Positions 31,941 through 40,638 of a stretch of DNA of 64,000 nucleotides are shown in pieces. Source of the DNA: Candidatus Parachristensenella avicola (lineage in GTDB: Bacteria; Bacillota; Clostridia; Christensenellales; UMGS416); contig CAJFUN010000023.1 of assembly GCA_904420205.1 (NCBI GenBank), positions 129,409 through 193,408 on the forward strand, written 5' to 3'. Both the position numbers and the translations under genes were made by a program. Numbering within the stretch: position 1 is the stretch's first letter; each line of letters begins with the position of its first letter. The notes beneath the pieces are model-generated. The model did no database searches, was not told where the DNA came from, and was given only the letters and a program-made list of their open reading frames with translations.

Positions 31941-33146
31941 ATGATTCCAACACTAGATCAGGTGAAGGAAGCAAAGGCAAGCTTCCCAGCCTGGATCCAG
32001 CATACGCGCCTGCTGCCGGTGCAGATCCCCGGCTGCGAGGCGCAAAGTTATGTTAAGACGGAATGTTTGCAGCGCACCGGCGCCTTTAAAGTACGTGGCG
32101 CCTATAACCGCATGCGGATGCTCACCGAGGAGGAGAAAAAGGCGGGCGTTATTGCCAGCTCAGCCGGTAACCATGCGCAGGGCGTGGCGCTGGCAGCCCG
32201 GGAGATGGGGATCAAGGCGACCATTGTGATGCCGCAGTTTGCGCCGCTGTCCAAGGTTAACGCCACCCGCGCGCTGGGCGCGGAGGTAGTGCTCCACGGC
32301 GAGATTTATGACGACGCATATGCTTATGCATTGGAGCTGGAGAAGACCACGGGCGCGACTTTCATCCATCCCTATGATGATCCCATGGTGATCGCCGGCC
32401 AGGGTACCATTTCGCTGGAGATCTTTGAGGATCTGCCCGATGTGGACGTGATCTTGGTGCCGGTGGGCGGTGGCGGCTTGGCCGCCGGCGTAGCCATGGC
32501 GGCGAAATCCATAAATCCGCTGGTGCGGGTATATGGCGTGGAGCCTGCCGGGGCAGCCAGCATGAAAAAGGCCCTGCAGGTGGGGCATCCCGAACCCCTT
32601 GAGGCGGTAAAGAGCTTTGCCGATGGCGTGACCGTACGCCGGGTGGGCGATACCAGCTTTGCCATGTGCAAGCAGTATCTGGATGGCATCCTGACGGTGG
32701 ACGACGATGAGACGGCCGCGGCCATCCTATGGATGATTGAAAAGAATAAAATCGTGATGGAAGGCGCAGGCGCGCTGCCGGTGGCTACGCTGATGCATGG
32801 TACGCTGGATTTTTCCGGGAAAAAGGTGGTAGCTGTCGTATCAGGCGGCAATATTGACGTGAACACCATCAGCCGGATCATCGAGCGCGGACTCATAAAG
32901 ACTGGCCGCCGCACCACGCTGGCAACCACCGTGCAGGATCGGCCAGGCCAACTGGCCCGCTTGGTAGAGGCGGTCGCCGCTCAAGGCGTCAACGTGCTAT
33001 CCATTAACCATGACCGCAACCGCAGCCGCCTGGAGCTGGGCGAGGCCCAGGTAGAGCTCGTGCTGGAAACCAACGACCGCGACCACATTGCCCGCATCAA
33101 GGCTAGCCTCGAAAAGCTGGGTTATGAAGTGGAAGAAATTGATTAG
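31941..33146 (+). CDS. ilvA: Threonine ammonia-lyase (PLP fold type II, C-terminal ACT)
   Basis: [46 protein letters not shown]; ACT-like tail. RBS AAAGGAGG. Confidence 0.93.
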   Translation: MIPTLDQVKEAKASFPAWIQHTRLLPVQIPGCEAQSYVKTECLQRTGAFKVRGAYNRMRMLTEEEKKAGVIASSAGNHAQGVALAAREMGIKATIVMPQFAPLSKVNATRALGAEVVLHGEIYDDAYAYALELEKTTGATFIHPYDDPMVIAGQGTISLEIFEDLPDVDVILVPVGGGGLAAGVAMAAKSINPLVRVYGVEPAGAASMKKALQVGHPEPLEAVKSFADGVTVRRVGDTSFAMCKQYLDGILTVDDDETAAAILWMIEKNKIVMEGAGALPVATLMHGTLDFSGKKVVAVVSGGNIDVNTISRIIERGLIKTGRRTTLATTVQDRPGQLARLVEAVAAQGVNVLSINHDRNRSRLELGEAQVELVLETNDRDHIARIKASLEKLGYEVEEID

Positions 33147-33159
33147 GAGAAACGCTACG

Positions 33160-33546
33160 ATGGAAAAGAAAATTGTTGCTACGAACGCGGCGCCTGCCGC
33201 CATTGGCCCCTATTCCCAAGCCGTGATCCTGGGCGGTATGCTCTATACCTCCGGACAGATCCCGCTGGATCCCGCCACCGGTGAGGTGGTGACCGGTTCC
33301 ATTGAGGATCAGGCCCATCGCGTATTCAAGAACCTGAAAGCTGTTTTGGAAGCGGCGGGCACCGACTTTGAGCATGTCGTCAAGACGACGGTATTTTTGG
33401 CGGATATGAACGACTTTGCCGCCATGAATGGCGTGTATGCTCAGTATTTTACCGGCGCTTTCCCGGCCCGCTCCGCAGTGCAGGTGGCTCGGCTGCCGAA
33501 AGACGTAGGCTTGGAGATTGAGCTGATCGCCCAGATCGATGAATAA
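33160..33546 (+). CDS. ridA: RidA family reactive intermediate/imine deaminase
   Basis: [32 protein letters not shown]...[18 protein letters not shown]. Confidence 0.95.
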   Translation: MEKKIVATNAAPAAIGPYSQAVILGGMLYTSGQIPLDPATGEVVTGSIEDQAHRVFKNLKAVLEAAGTDFEHVVKTTVFLADMNDFAAMNGVYAQYFTGAFPARSAVQVARLPKDVGLEIELIAQIDE

Positions 33547-34231
33547 GCCGCTCATTGCGGTGACGGCCGGTCATGAGTATGAGGATAAAGGGGCGGGCCA
33601 GGCATGCCTTGGACTGCGTTATATCCAGGCCGTAGAGGATAACGGGGGGATTCCGGTCCTGACCAGCGGCCGGCCGGAGCTGGCAGAAGCCCTTGCAAAG
33701 CGCGTGGACGGCCTGCTGCTTTCCGGCGGGTGTGATGTGGATCCCGCGTGCTTCGGACAACAAAATCGTGGCGCGGGCAAGGCGGACGTCCGCCGGGATG
33801 CTTTTGAGTTAGCGCTGTGTCAGGCCATGATCCGGCTGGATAAACCGGTCCTGGGGATATGCCGGGGGATCCAAGTGCTGAACGTGGCCTTGGGCGGCAC
33901 GCTGATCCAAGATATTCCCTCCTGGCTGGGCATGGATCATCCAAACGGTACCGGCCTGCGCCATGAGGTGCAAATTGAGCCGGGATGCTTCCTGACGCCG
34001 CAGCTGCAGGGGCGGAGGCGTGTGAATTCCACCCATCACCAAGCGGTGGACAAGCTGGGCGAAGGCCTCCGGGCAGTCGCCTATGCGGAAGCGGGCCGCG
34101 TGATTGAAGCCATTGAAGCGGAGGATGGGCGCCCGGTCTGGGGGGTGCAGTGGCACCCGGAACGGCTGCGGGAGGAGGATCCTGCCATGAATTCTATCTT
34201 CCAAAAGCTGATACTGGCAGCTGGCGTGTAA
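33539..34231 (+). CDS. Gamma-glutamyl-gamma-aminobutyrate hydrolase family protein (peptidase C26)
   Basis: [57 protein letters not shown]. Confidence 0.93.
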   Translation: MNKPLIAVTAGHEYEDKGAGQACLGLRYIQAVEDNGGIPVLTSGRPELAEALAKRVDGLLLSGGCDVDPACFGQQNRGAGKADVRRDAFELALCQAMIRLDKPVLGICRGIQVLNVALGGTLIQDIPSWLGMDHPNGTGLRHEVQIEPGCFLTPQLQGRRRVNSTHHQAVDKLGEGLRAVAYAEAGRVIEAIEAEDGRPVWGVQWHPERLREEDPAMNSIFQKLILAAGV

Positions 34232-34245
34232 ACGTAGAGAAATGG

Positions 34246-34290
34246 CAAAAAGGGCCTTTGGCCGCCATGGGGCAGCCAAAGGCCTTTTGA
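34246..34290. terminator. Bidirectional intrinsic terminator
   Basis: AAAAAGGGCCTTTGGCCGCCATGGGGCAGCCAAAGGCCTTTT. Confidence 0.75.
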
Positions 34291-34302
34291 TATGCCTGCG
34301 TG

Positions 34303-35337
34303 CTACAGCCGAAGGATATCCGACACCAGCGAATCGACCTGCTGCTGTGTGGTCGCCCAGCTGGTACAGAACCGAACCAGCTGGCGGCCATCGGGCAGTG
34401 TCTGCCAGGGTTCCCAGACATATTTGGACTGAAGGATAGCAAGCTGGTGCGCGGTCAGGATAGGAAATTGCTGGTTTGTATAGGATGGGTACCCCAGCGG
34501 GATCCCTTTTTGCTCCAGCGCGTTTCGGATCGCCAGGGCATATTCAGTGGCCTGGCGGCAAATGGTAAAATAGAGCCCTTGGGTAAAGAGTGCGTCAAAA
34601 GCAAGTCCCACAAGCCAGCCCTTAGCCAGCATCCCGCCGTGTTGCTTGATTCCATAGCGGAAGTCCGCCTTTAGGGCATCGTTCACGATGACTAAAGCCT
34701 CGCCAAGCAGGGCGCCGCATTTGGTGCCGCCAATATAGAAGAGGTCGCAGAGGGAAGCGACGTCAGCCAGCGTTAAATCGTTCACCGGACTGGTCAGCCC
34801 ATAGCCGAGACGGGCGCCGTCGATGTATAGCATCAGGCCCAGCTCACGGCAGCAGCGATATATGGCCGCCAGCTGATCCCGGGTATAGAGCGTGCCGCAT
34901 TCAGTGGGCAGTGATAAATAGACCATGCCCGGCTGCACGGTATGTTCGCGGGTAGGGCTGGCGTAATGAGCCTGACAAGCCTCGCGGATCTGCCGCGCGC
35001 AGAGAAGGCCGTCCTCGGCGGGCAGGGGCAGCACCTTATGGCCGGTGGCCTCGATGGCCCCTGTTTCGTGGCAGGCAATGTGCCCAATATCAGCTGTCAT
35101 CACGCCCTGGTGGCTTTTAAGGCAAGCGGCGATGGCGATAAGATTGGTCTGCGTACCGCCCGTTAGAAAGTGTACGTCCGCATGGGGTTGCCGGCAAGCT
35201 TCGCGGATGCGAGCCCGGGCACTTTCGCAGCAATCGTCCAGTCCATAGCCAGGATGCGGTTCCATATTGGCCGCGATAAGCCGTTCGAGGAGCTGCGGAT
35301 GGCAGCCCTGTGCATAGTCGCATTGAAAGTTGATCAT
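34303..35337 (-). CDS. Beta-eliminating lyase / low-specificity threonine aldolase family (PLP)
   Basis: MINFQCDYAQGCHPQLLE, FLTGGTQTNLIAIAA, LYIDGARLGYGL, YIGGTKCGALLGE. Confidence 0.87.
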   Translation of the reverse strand: MINFQCDYAQGCHPQLLERLIAANMEPHPGYGLDDCCESARARIREACRQPHADVHFLTGGTQTNLIAIAACLKSHQGVMTADIGHIACHETGAIEATGHKVLPLPAEDGLLCARQIREACQAHYASPTREHTVQPGMVYLSLPTECGTLYTRDQLAAIYRCCRELGLMLYIDGARLGYGLTSPVNDLTLADVASLCDLFYIGGTKCGALLGEALVIVNDALKADFRYGIKQHGGMLAKGWLVGLAFDALFTQGLYFTICRQATEYALAIRNALEQKGIPLGYPSYTNQQFPILTAHQLAILQSKYVWEPWQTLPDGRQLVRFCTSWATTQQQVDSLVSDILRL

Positions 35338-35503
35338 TTCTATCCTCTCTGTCGCAGTGTTCCCTACCATCCTACGGCTAGGGCGCGGCACTGTCAAGCT
35401 GGAGCGGATATCGCCAAATCAAAATATCTTGCAATTTTGTCATGCGCGGACAGCCGGTTTTAGGTATACTATGGCTGTAGGTGGCTGCAGGGAGGTGAAA
35501 ACG

Positions 35504-36514
35504 ATGCTATTTTTCCTGACTTTAGCAGGAGGGTGCCTGGCGCTGTTCGCTATTTTGCAGTGTATAGAGCCTCGACGCCTGCTGAACGGTATGGTTTTCA
35601 CCTGTTCTCTGGGATTTTTGCTGCTAGCTATGCTGGCGCTGGTGGGCACCTTGGGCGGTGGCATCGGTATATCCGTTGTGCTGATTGGAATTGTGCTGCT
35701 ACTGCCCCTGGCCTTTTTAGCGGCAGGCGTGGCATTAATTGTGAACGGAACGGTTCTGATGCGGCTGGAGGGCCGCCGGCTGAGGAACCTGCTTTCCATG
35801 GCGCTGGGCTTGATGATCCTCTTTTTTATGCTGGCACTGGCTGCATACCCCCTGCTGGCTCGCTATCGGACGTCATCGGCGGCGCTGGTGACGGTGCTGG
35901 CTTTTCTTGTGCTGTATTTGTCCTTCCTGTTCATCAGCTATTTGGCCGGGGCAGTATTTTTCGCCCTTCCACCACCCAGGCCCAATCAGCATTTCCTGGT
36001 GGTGCTGGGCTGCGGCGTAAAGGGGGAACGGGTTCCGCCGCTGTTGGCCGGGCGCCTGGATAAGGCGGTTCAGTTTTACTTCCGCCAGGCACGGCGCGCG
36101 CAGCCGCCCTGCCTGATTGTTTGCGGCGGCAGAGGGGAAGGAGAAGATATCCCGGAGGCCGAGGCCATGGCGCGATACCTGAGGGAGAAGGGAATCCCGG
36201 AGGAGGATATCCGGCGGGAAGATCAATCCACCAATACCTATGAAAACCTGCGGAACGCAAAGCGTATTATGGATTCTTCCATGAACCGGTACCGGTGTGC
36301 GCTGGTGACCAGCAACTATCACCTGTTTCGTGCGGCGCTTTTATCCAGGAAGGTCGGAATTCGGCGATGCAGGGGACTGGGGAGCCGCACCGCGGGCTAT
36401 TATCTACCCAACGCCTTCCTTCGGGAATTTATCGGCGCGTTGGCCATGCATAAGCGCTGGCATCTCGCAGTCTGCATTATGATGGCGCTGACGGCGCTGG
36501 CAGCAATGGGCTGA
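35504..36514 (+). CDS. YdcF/SanA-like (DUF218) integral membrane protein
   Basis: Several N-terminal TMs; FLVVLGCGVKGERVPPLLAGRLDKAVQFY...VCGGRGEGEDIPEAEAMARYL...STNTYENLRNAKRIM. Confidence 0.88.
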   Translation: MLFFLTLAGGCLALFAILQCIEPRRLLNGMVFTCSLGFLLLAMLALVGTLGGGIGISVVLIGIVLLLPLAFLAAGVALIVNGTVLMRLEGRRLRNLLSMALGLMILFFMLALAAYPLLARYRTSSAALVTVLAFLVLYLSFLFISYLAGAVFFALPPPRPNQHFLVVLGCGVKGERVPPLLAGRLDKAVQFYFRQARRAQPPCLIVCGGRGEGEDIPEAEAMARYLREKGIPEEDIRREDQSTNTYENLRNAKRIMDSSMNRYRCALVTSNYHLFRAALLSRKVGIRRCRGLGSRTAGYYLPNAFLREFIGALAMHKRWHLAVCIMMALTALAAMG

Positions 36515-37086
36515 TGCGCCAGAGAGAGGACAAAGTGCGGAAAACGATCTTATATATTGGTATGAGCCTGGATGGTTATATTGCTGACGATCAAGGCGGC
36601 GTCGGGTGGATGCGGGGAGACGGCTCCGATCCGGGAAACCCCGGGAGTTACCCGGAATTCCTGGCGTCAGTGGATACCATTGTGATGGGCTACCATACTT
36701 ACCGCCAGATTATAGACGAGCTATCGCCGGATCGGTGGGTATATCCAGGCAAGCGGTGCTATGTGCTAACGCACCGCCCGCTGAACGATATCGGCAGTAC
36801 GACGTTCGTGCAGGGCGATGTGGGGCGGCTGCTGGGTGAGCTGCGCCGGCAGGATGGGTCGAATATCTGGATATGCGGTGGGGCAGATATCGTTCACCAG
36901 CTACTAAGTCAGGACCAGATTGACATGTTCTGCATCAGTGTAATACCAGTAATATTGGGAACGGGGGTCCCTCTTTTCGCTCCGGGCAGACGGAGACAAC
37001 TGCTTCGCCTGCTTTCGACCCGCTGCTATAATGGAATTACCGATCTATGGTATGAAAAGCGCCAGCCTATGCCGGAAGATGAATAA
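36514..37086 (+). CDS. Dihydrofolate reductase family protein (RibD C-terminal-like)
   Basis: LYIGMSLDGYIADDQGGVGW...VDTIVMGYHTYRQI...NIWICGGADIVHQLL. Alternative GTG start at 36535. Confidence 0.87.
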   Translation: MRQREDKVRKTILYIGMSLDGYIADDQGGVGWMRGDGSDPGNPGSYPEFLASVDTIVMGYHTYRQIIDELSPDRWVYPGKRCYVLTHRPLNDIGSTTFVQGDVGRLLGELRRQDGSNIWICGGADIVHQLLSQDQIDMFCISVIPVILGTGVPLFAPGRRRQLLRLLSTRCYNGITDLWYEKRQPMPEDE

Positions 37087-37120
37087 AAAAAGGCCGCGCC
37101 TACAGCGCGGACCTTTTTTA
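37085..37120. terminator. Bidirectional intrinsic terminator
   Basis: AAAAAAAGGCCGCGCCTACAGCGCGGACCTTTTTT. Confidence 0.75.
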
Positions 37121-38542
37121 TTATGCTTCTTCCCGGCCTTTGTCACGGCTTCGCTCGGAAGGCTTTTCTTTCGATTTATCCTTCCCCTTTTCCGAGGATT
37201 TCTCATCGCTATTCTCTGGCGGGGGCGGCAGGCGGGTTACGATAGCCCACTCCACGCGCCGATCGGTCAGCTGGGTGACATGGATTTTTAGGCCAAAGCA
37301 TTCGACCTCGGGCTGGCTCCCATCCTTAGGAATGGTGGTCAGCTGACTGAATACTAGGCCGCCCAGCGTATCGAATTCCTCATCCACCGGCAATGAGATC
37401 CCTACCGTTTCCGATAGGACTTCCAGATCCACTGAACCGGAGACACGCCACTGGTTCTCGCCAAGAGGCTGAATATCTTTTTCCTCCTGCGGGTCGAATT
37501 CGTCGTAGATATTGCCGACGATCTCTTCCAGCAGGTCCTCCAAGGTAACCAAGCCGCTGGTGCCGCCGTATTCGTCCACAACGATGGCCATATGCACTTT
37601 TTGCGTCTGCATTTCGCGGAATAGCACGTCAGCATGGACGGATTCCGGCACGAAATAGGCGGGACGAATGATTTCACGTAGCGGCTTAGGCTCCGCCAGC
37701 CGGTTGTTTAGCAGGTATTCGCGGGTGCTGACGATACCGATGATGTCGTCAATATCCTCTTTATACACCGGGAAACGGGAGAGACCGGTACGCTCGATGG
37801 TCGCGATGATCTCCTCCGGCGAATCTTCCACCCATAGGGCGGTAATATCGGTGCGGTGCACCATGGCATCTTCGGCGTTCATGTTGTTGAACTCGAAGAT
37901 GTTCTCAATCATTTGTTTTTCGTTGGTTTCAATGGTACCCTTTTCTTCGCCAATATCCACCATCAGGCGGATCTCTTCCTCAGTGACCTCTTCCTCCTCG
38001 TCATTGGGGTTAATCCCCATGAGACGGAGGACGCCCTTGGTCGATACAGAGAGCAGCCACACCACAGGCTTTAAGACGATCGAGAGGAAGCGAATGACGC
38101 CGGAGGCCATGCGGGCGACCGCGTCGGATTTTTTCATGGCGACCTGCTTGGGCACAAGCTCGCCCAGTACCAACGTAAAGTAGGATAAAATCAGGGTTAT
38201 GAAGATAACCGACAGCGTATTGAGTGTGGATTCCGGGATCGCGGTGAAGTGCTTTACGTCCACCAGCCAATGGACCAAGCGGTCGGCAAAGTTGTCGGCG
38301 GCAAAAGCCGAAGCTAAAAAGCCGGCCAGCGTGATACCAACCTGGATGGTCGAAAGGAACGCGGCAGAGTTCTCCACCATGCGCAGCATCTGGGCAGCCT
38401 TGCGGTCGCCTTCCTCAGCCTGGCGGCGCAGGCGGTTCTCGTTTAGCGAGATCACAGCGATTTCGGTAGCGGCAAAGAACGCGTTGATCGCGATCAATAC
38501 CACTTGTAGCAACAGTTGACTCCATATTGGGTCAGGTGGCAA
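37121..38542 (-). CDS. CNNM/CorC-type transporter, hemolysin family (DUF21-CBS-CBS-CorC_HlyC)
   Basis: NAFFAATEIAVISLNENRLRRQ; CBS-like DDIIGIVSTREYLLN; VDEYGGTSGLVTLEDLLEEIVGNIYDE. TTG start 38542 with AAGGGGG RBS replaces the ORF-track ATG. Confidence 0.92.
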   Translation of the reverse strand: MPPDPIWSQLLLQVVLIAINAFFAATEIAVISLNENRLRRQAEEGDRKAAQMLRMVENSAAFLSTIQVGITLAGFLASAFAADNFADRLVHWLVDVKHFTAIPESTLNTLSVIFITLILSYFTLVLGELVPKQVAMKKSDAVARMASGVIRFLSIVLKPVVWLLSVSTKGVLRLMGINPNDEEEEVTEEEIRLMVDIGEEKGTIETNEKQMIENIFEFNNMNAEDAMVHRTDITALWVEDSPEEIIATIERTGLSRFPVYKEDIDDIIGIVSTREYLLNNRLAEPKPLREIIRPAYFVPESVHADVLFREMQTQKVHMAIVVDEYGGTSGLVTLEDLLEEIVGNIYDEFDPQEEKDIQPLGENQWRVSGSVDLEVLSETVGISLPVDEEFDTLGGLVFSQLTTIPKDGSQPEVECFGLKIHVTQLTDRRVEWAIVTRLPPPPENSDEKSSEKGKDKSKEKPSERSRDKGREEA

Positions 38543-38717
38543 GCAATATTCCCCCTTTGTCAGTCGAAGAGATAAAAGTGACAATATAAAGTATATCATA
38601 GATGCCGTGTTTTTTCCACTGGTTTTTGAATCTCCAGGTGAATCGGCTAAAATTCCCATTGGCTTTTTAATCTTGTTCATGTACAATGAAGAAAACGCTG
38701 AGAAAAAGGAGCCGACG

Positions 38718-39248
38718 ATGGAAATCATCAATATGCTGGCCTTATGTCCCCGCCAGAAGCAGATGTGCGCGCAGATTCTGACCGATGCACTGCCGCAGGG
38801 ATGGCCAACCCTAGCGCAGGCTATGGAGACCGTCAAAGAGCTAGATATACCCCAGAACTCTATTTTGGCCATTACAGAGGGGGACGACGTGATCGCTTGG
38901 GGCGGTATCATGCCGGACTATGACGGACACGTATTTGAGATCCATCCCCTGGTGGTGCGGGCTGACAAAAGGGGAAGCGGTGTTGGCGCTATGCTCATTA
39001 CCGCCCTGGAGAACGTAGCCCGGGTACGTAGCGGCCTTACCATTATGCTGGGCTGCGATGATGAGACGTTTGCCACCAGCCTTTCCGGCTGTGACCTATA
39101 CGACGGCCTTCCGGATAAGATGGAGCGATTTGACAGCGGTAGCCATGCCACCGGCTTCTACCGCCGGATGGGGTATACGGTGATTGGTGTGATTCCCGAT
39201 GCCAATGGGAAGGGTAAGCCCGATATTCTGATGGCTAAGCGGCTGTAG
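38718..39248 (+). CDS. GNAT family N-acetyltransferase
   Basis: FEIHPLVVRADKRGSGVGAMLITALENVA...ATGFYRRMGYTVIGVIPDANGKGKPDI; RBS AAAAGGAG. Confidence 0.85.
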   Translation: MEIINMLALCPRQKQMCAQILTDALPQGWPTLAQAMETVKELDIPQNSILAITEGDDVIAWGGIMPDYDGHVFEIHPLVVRADKRGSGVGAMLITALENVARVRSGLTIMLGCDDETFATSLSGCDLYDGLPDKMERFDSGSHATGFYRRMGYTVIGVIPDANGKGKPDILMAKRL

Positions 39249-39255
39249 AGAAGGC

Positions 39256-39285
39256 TTGATTCCCACGCTGACCGCGTGTTATACT
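39256..39285 (+). promoter_or_regulatory. Sigma-A-type promoter for methyltransferase leader
   Basis: TTGATT (39256-39261), 18-bp spacer, TATACT (39280-39285). Confidence 0.65.
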
Positions 39286-39314
39286 AACTTCATATCATAG
39301 TAGGAGGTTCACCT

Positions 39315-39326
39315 ATGATCGGTTGA
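39315..39326 (+). CDS. 3-codon upstream ORF Met-Ile-Gly-stop
   Basis: ATG ATC GGT TGA preceded by AGGAGG with 7-nt spacing. Confidence 0.65.
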   Translation: MIG

Positions 39327-39421
39327 TCTTTTCGCTGCATCGGGCCCGTTGCAAGGGCGTTGTTTGCCATGCCGGAAAGATCAAGACGGAAGCCTCCTGT
39401 TCCTATCAGGGGTTGTTTTGC

Positions 39422-39455
39422 GTCCTCTTTCCGGCAGGGAAAGAGGACTTTTTTT
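39422..39455 (+). terminator. Regulated intrinsic terminator immediately upstream of methyltransferase CDS
   Basis: GTCCTCTTTCC-ggcag-GGAAAGAGGAC followed by T7; perfect 11-bp stem ending 12 nt before ATG. Confidence 0.93.
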
Positions 39456-39466
39456 AGGAGTACAAA

Positions 39467-40123
39467 ATGAAACTGGAATATATGGGCGCGTTTTTCGACG
39501 CGCGGGTCGATGAATACGAGGCGCATATGATGCAGCATGTGGACGGGGCGGACCGGTACTATGAGGTGACAGCGCAGATGCTGCCCCTGCGGCCCAAGAT
39601 GAAGCTGCTGGATCTGGGATGCGGGACGGGACTCGAACTGGAGGCGATCTTTCGCCGCCTACCGGAAGCACAGGTAACGGGGATAGATCTATCGGAAAAG
39701 ATGCTGGAAAAGCTAAGGGAAAAGTTCCCGGAAAAGCGGCTTACCCTATACCAGGGCAGCTATTTTGACCTGCCCCTGGGGGAAACGGCCTTTGACGCGG
39801 TGGTGTCGGTACAGAGCCTGCACCACTTCACGCCAGAGCGTAAGCGCGGGCTTTTTGAGCGTATCCGCCGGGCGCTGCGGCCGGGCGGGATCTTCGTGCT
39901 GACCGATTTTGTCGCGCCCAACGATGCGATAGAGGCGCGGTGCTTTGCCGAATACGCGGCCCTGAACGTTCAGGAACCGGGCGTATATCACTTTGATACG
40001 CCGCTGACAGCAGAGCATGATCTGGCGCTGATGGCGCAGGCCGGGCTTGATGAGCCGGCGCTTCGGTGGCGCGAGAAGAATACGGTGGTCATGACGGCGA
40101 AGCGGAGGGATGAGGACGCATGA
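39467..40123 (+). CDS. Class I SAM-dependent methyltransferase
   Basis: KLLDLGCGTGLELEAIF, VTGIDLSEKMLEKL, FDAVVSVQSLHHFTPERK, RALRPGGIFVLTDFV. Confidence 0.93.
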   Translation: MKLEYMGAFFDARVDEYEAHMMQHVDGADRYYEVTAQMLPLRPKMKLLDLGCGTGLELEAIFRRLPEAQVTGIDLSEKMLEKLREKFPEKRLTLYQGSYFDLPLGETAFDAVVSVQSLHHFTPERKRGLFERIRRALRPGGIFVLTDFVAPNDAIEARCFAEYAALNVQEPGVYHFDTPLTAEHDLALMAQAGLDEPALRWREKNTVVMTAKRRDEDA

Positions 40124-40629
40124 AACGGCTGATTATCGTCAACGGGACTATGGGCGCAGGCAAAAGCACCCTGTGCGAAGGGCTGCTCAAAGCACTTCCT
40201 GCGGCGGTCTACCTGGATGGGGATTGGTGTTGGCGCATGGATCCCTTTATCGTGGATGAGGAAAACAAAGCCATGGTAGTGGATCATATCGTGCATCTGC
40301 TTCGGGGCTTTTTGACCAACAGCCATTTTGAGAACGTCATTTTCTGCTGGGTTATCCATCAGGAGACGATCTTCGACAGCATCCTTAAACCGTTGGCGGA
40401 TTTACGCTTTCAGCTGGAGAAGATTACGCTGATGCTTTCACCGCAGCAGTTACGGGCGCACTTTGCCCAAGACGCGGCCGCCGGCCTGCGGCGGATGGAG
40501 GATGCGCAGGCCAGCGTCGATCGGCTGGCGCTTTATCGGAATATGGATACCTTTAAGCTGTGGACCGACGGCATGAGCCCGGAGAAAACGCTCCAGGCGG
40601 CGCTGCGCCACCTGGAGGCGAATCCGTAA
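40120..40629 (+). CDS. P-loop nucleotide/small-molecule kinase-like protein
   Basis: IIVNGTMGAGKSTLCEGLL (Walker A), YLDGDWCWRMDPF; ATGA overlap with the methyltransferase. Confidence 0.78.
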   Translation: MKRLIIVNGTMGAGKSTLCEGLLKALPAAVYLDGDWCWRMDPFIVDEENKAMVVDHIVHLLRGFLTNSHFENVIFCWVIHQETIFDSILKPLADLRFQLEKITLMLSPQQLRAHFAQDAAAGLRRMEDAQASVDRLALYRNMDTFKLWTDGMSPEKTLQAALRHLEANP

Positions 40630-40638
40630 CGCGGGCGG

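Larger units (their letters stand above)
39302..39466 (+). promoter_or_regulatory. Transcription attenuator leader (uORF, competing stem, antiterminator, terminator)
   Basis: SD AGGAGG 39302-39307; stem 39323-39334/39373-39384; antiterminator 39370-39380/39426-39436; terminator 39422-39432/39438-39448. Confidence 0.85.
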
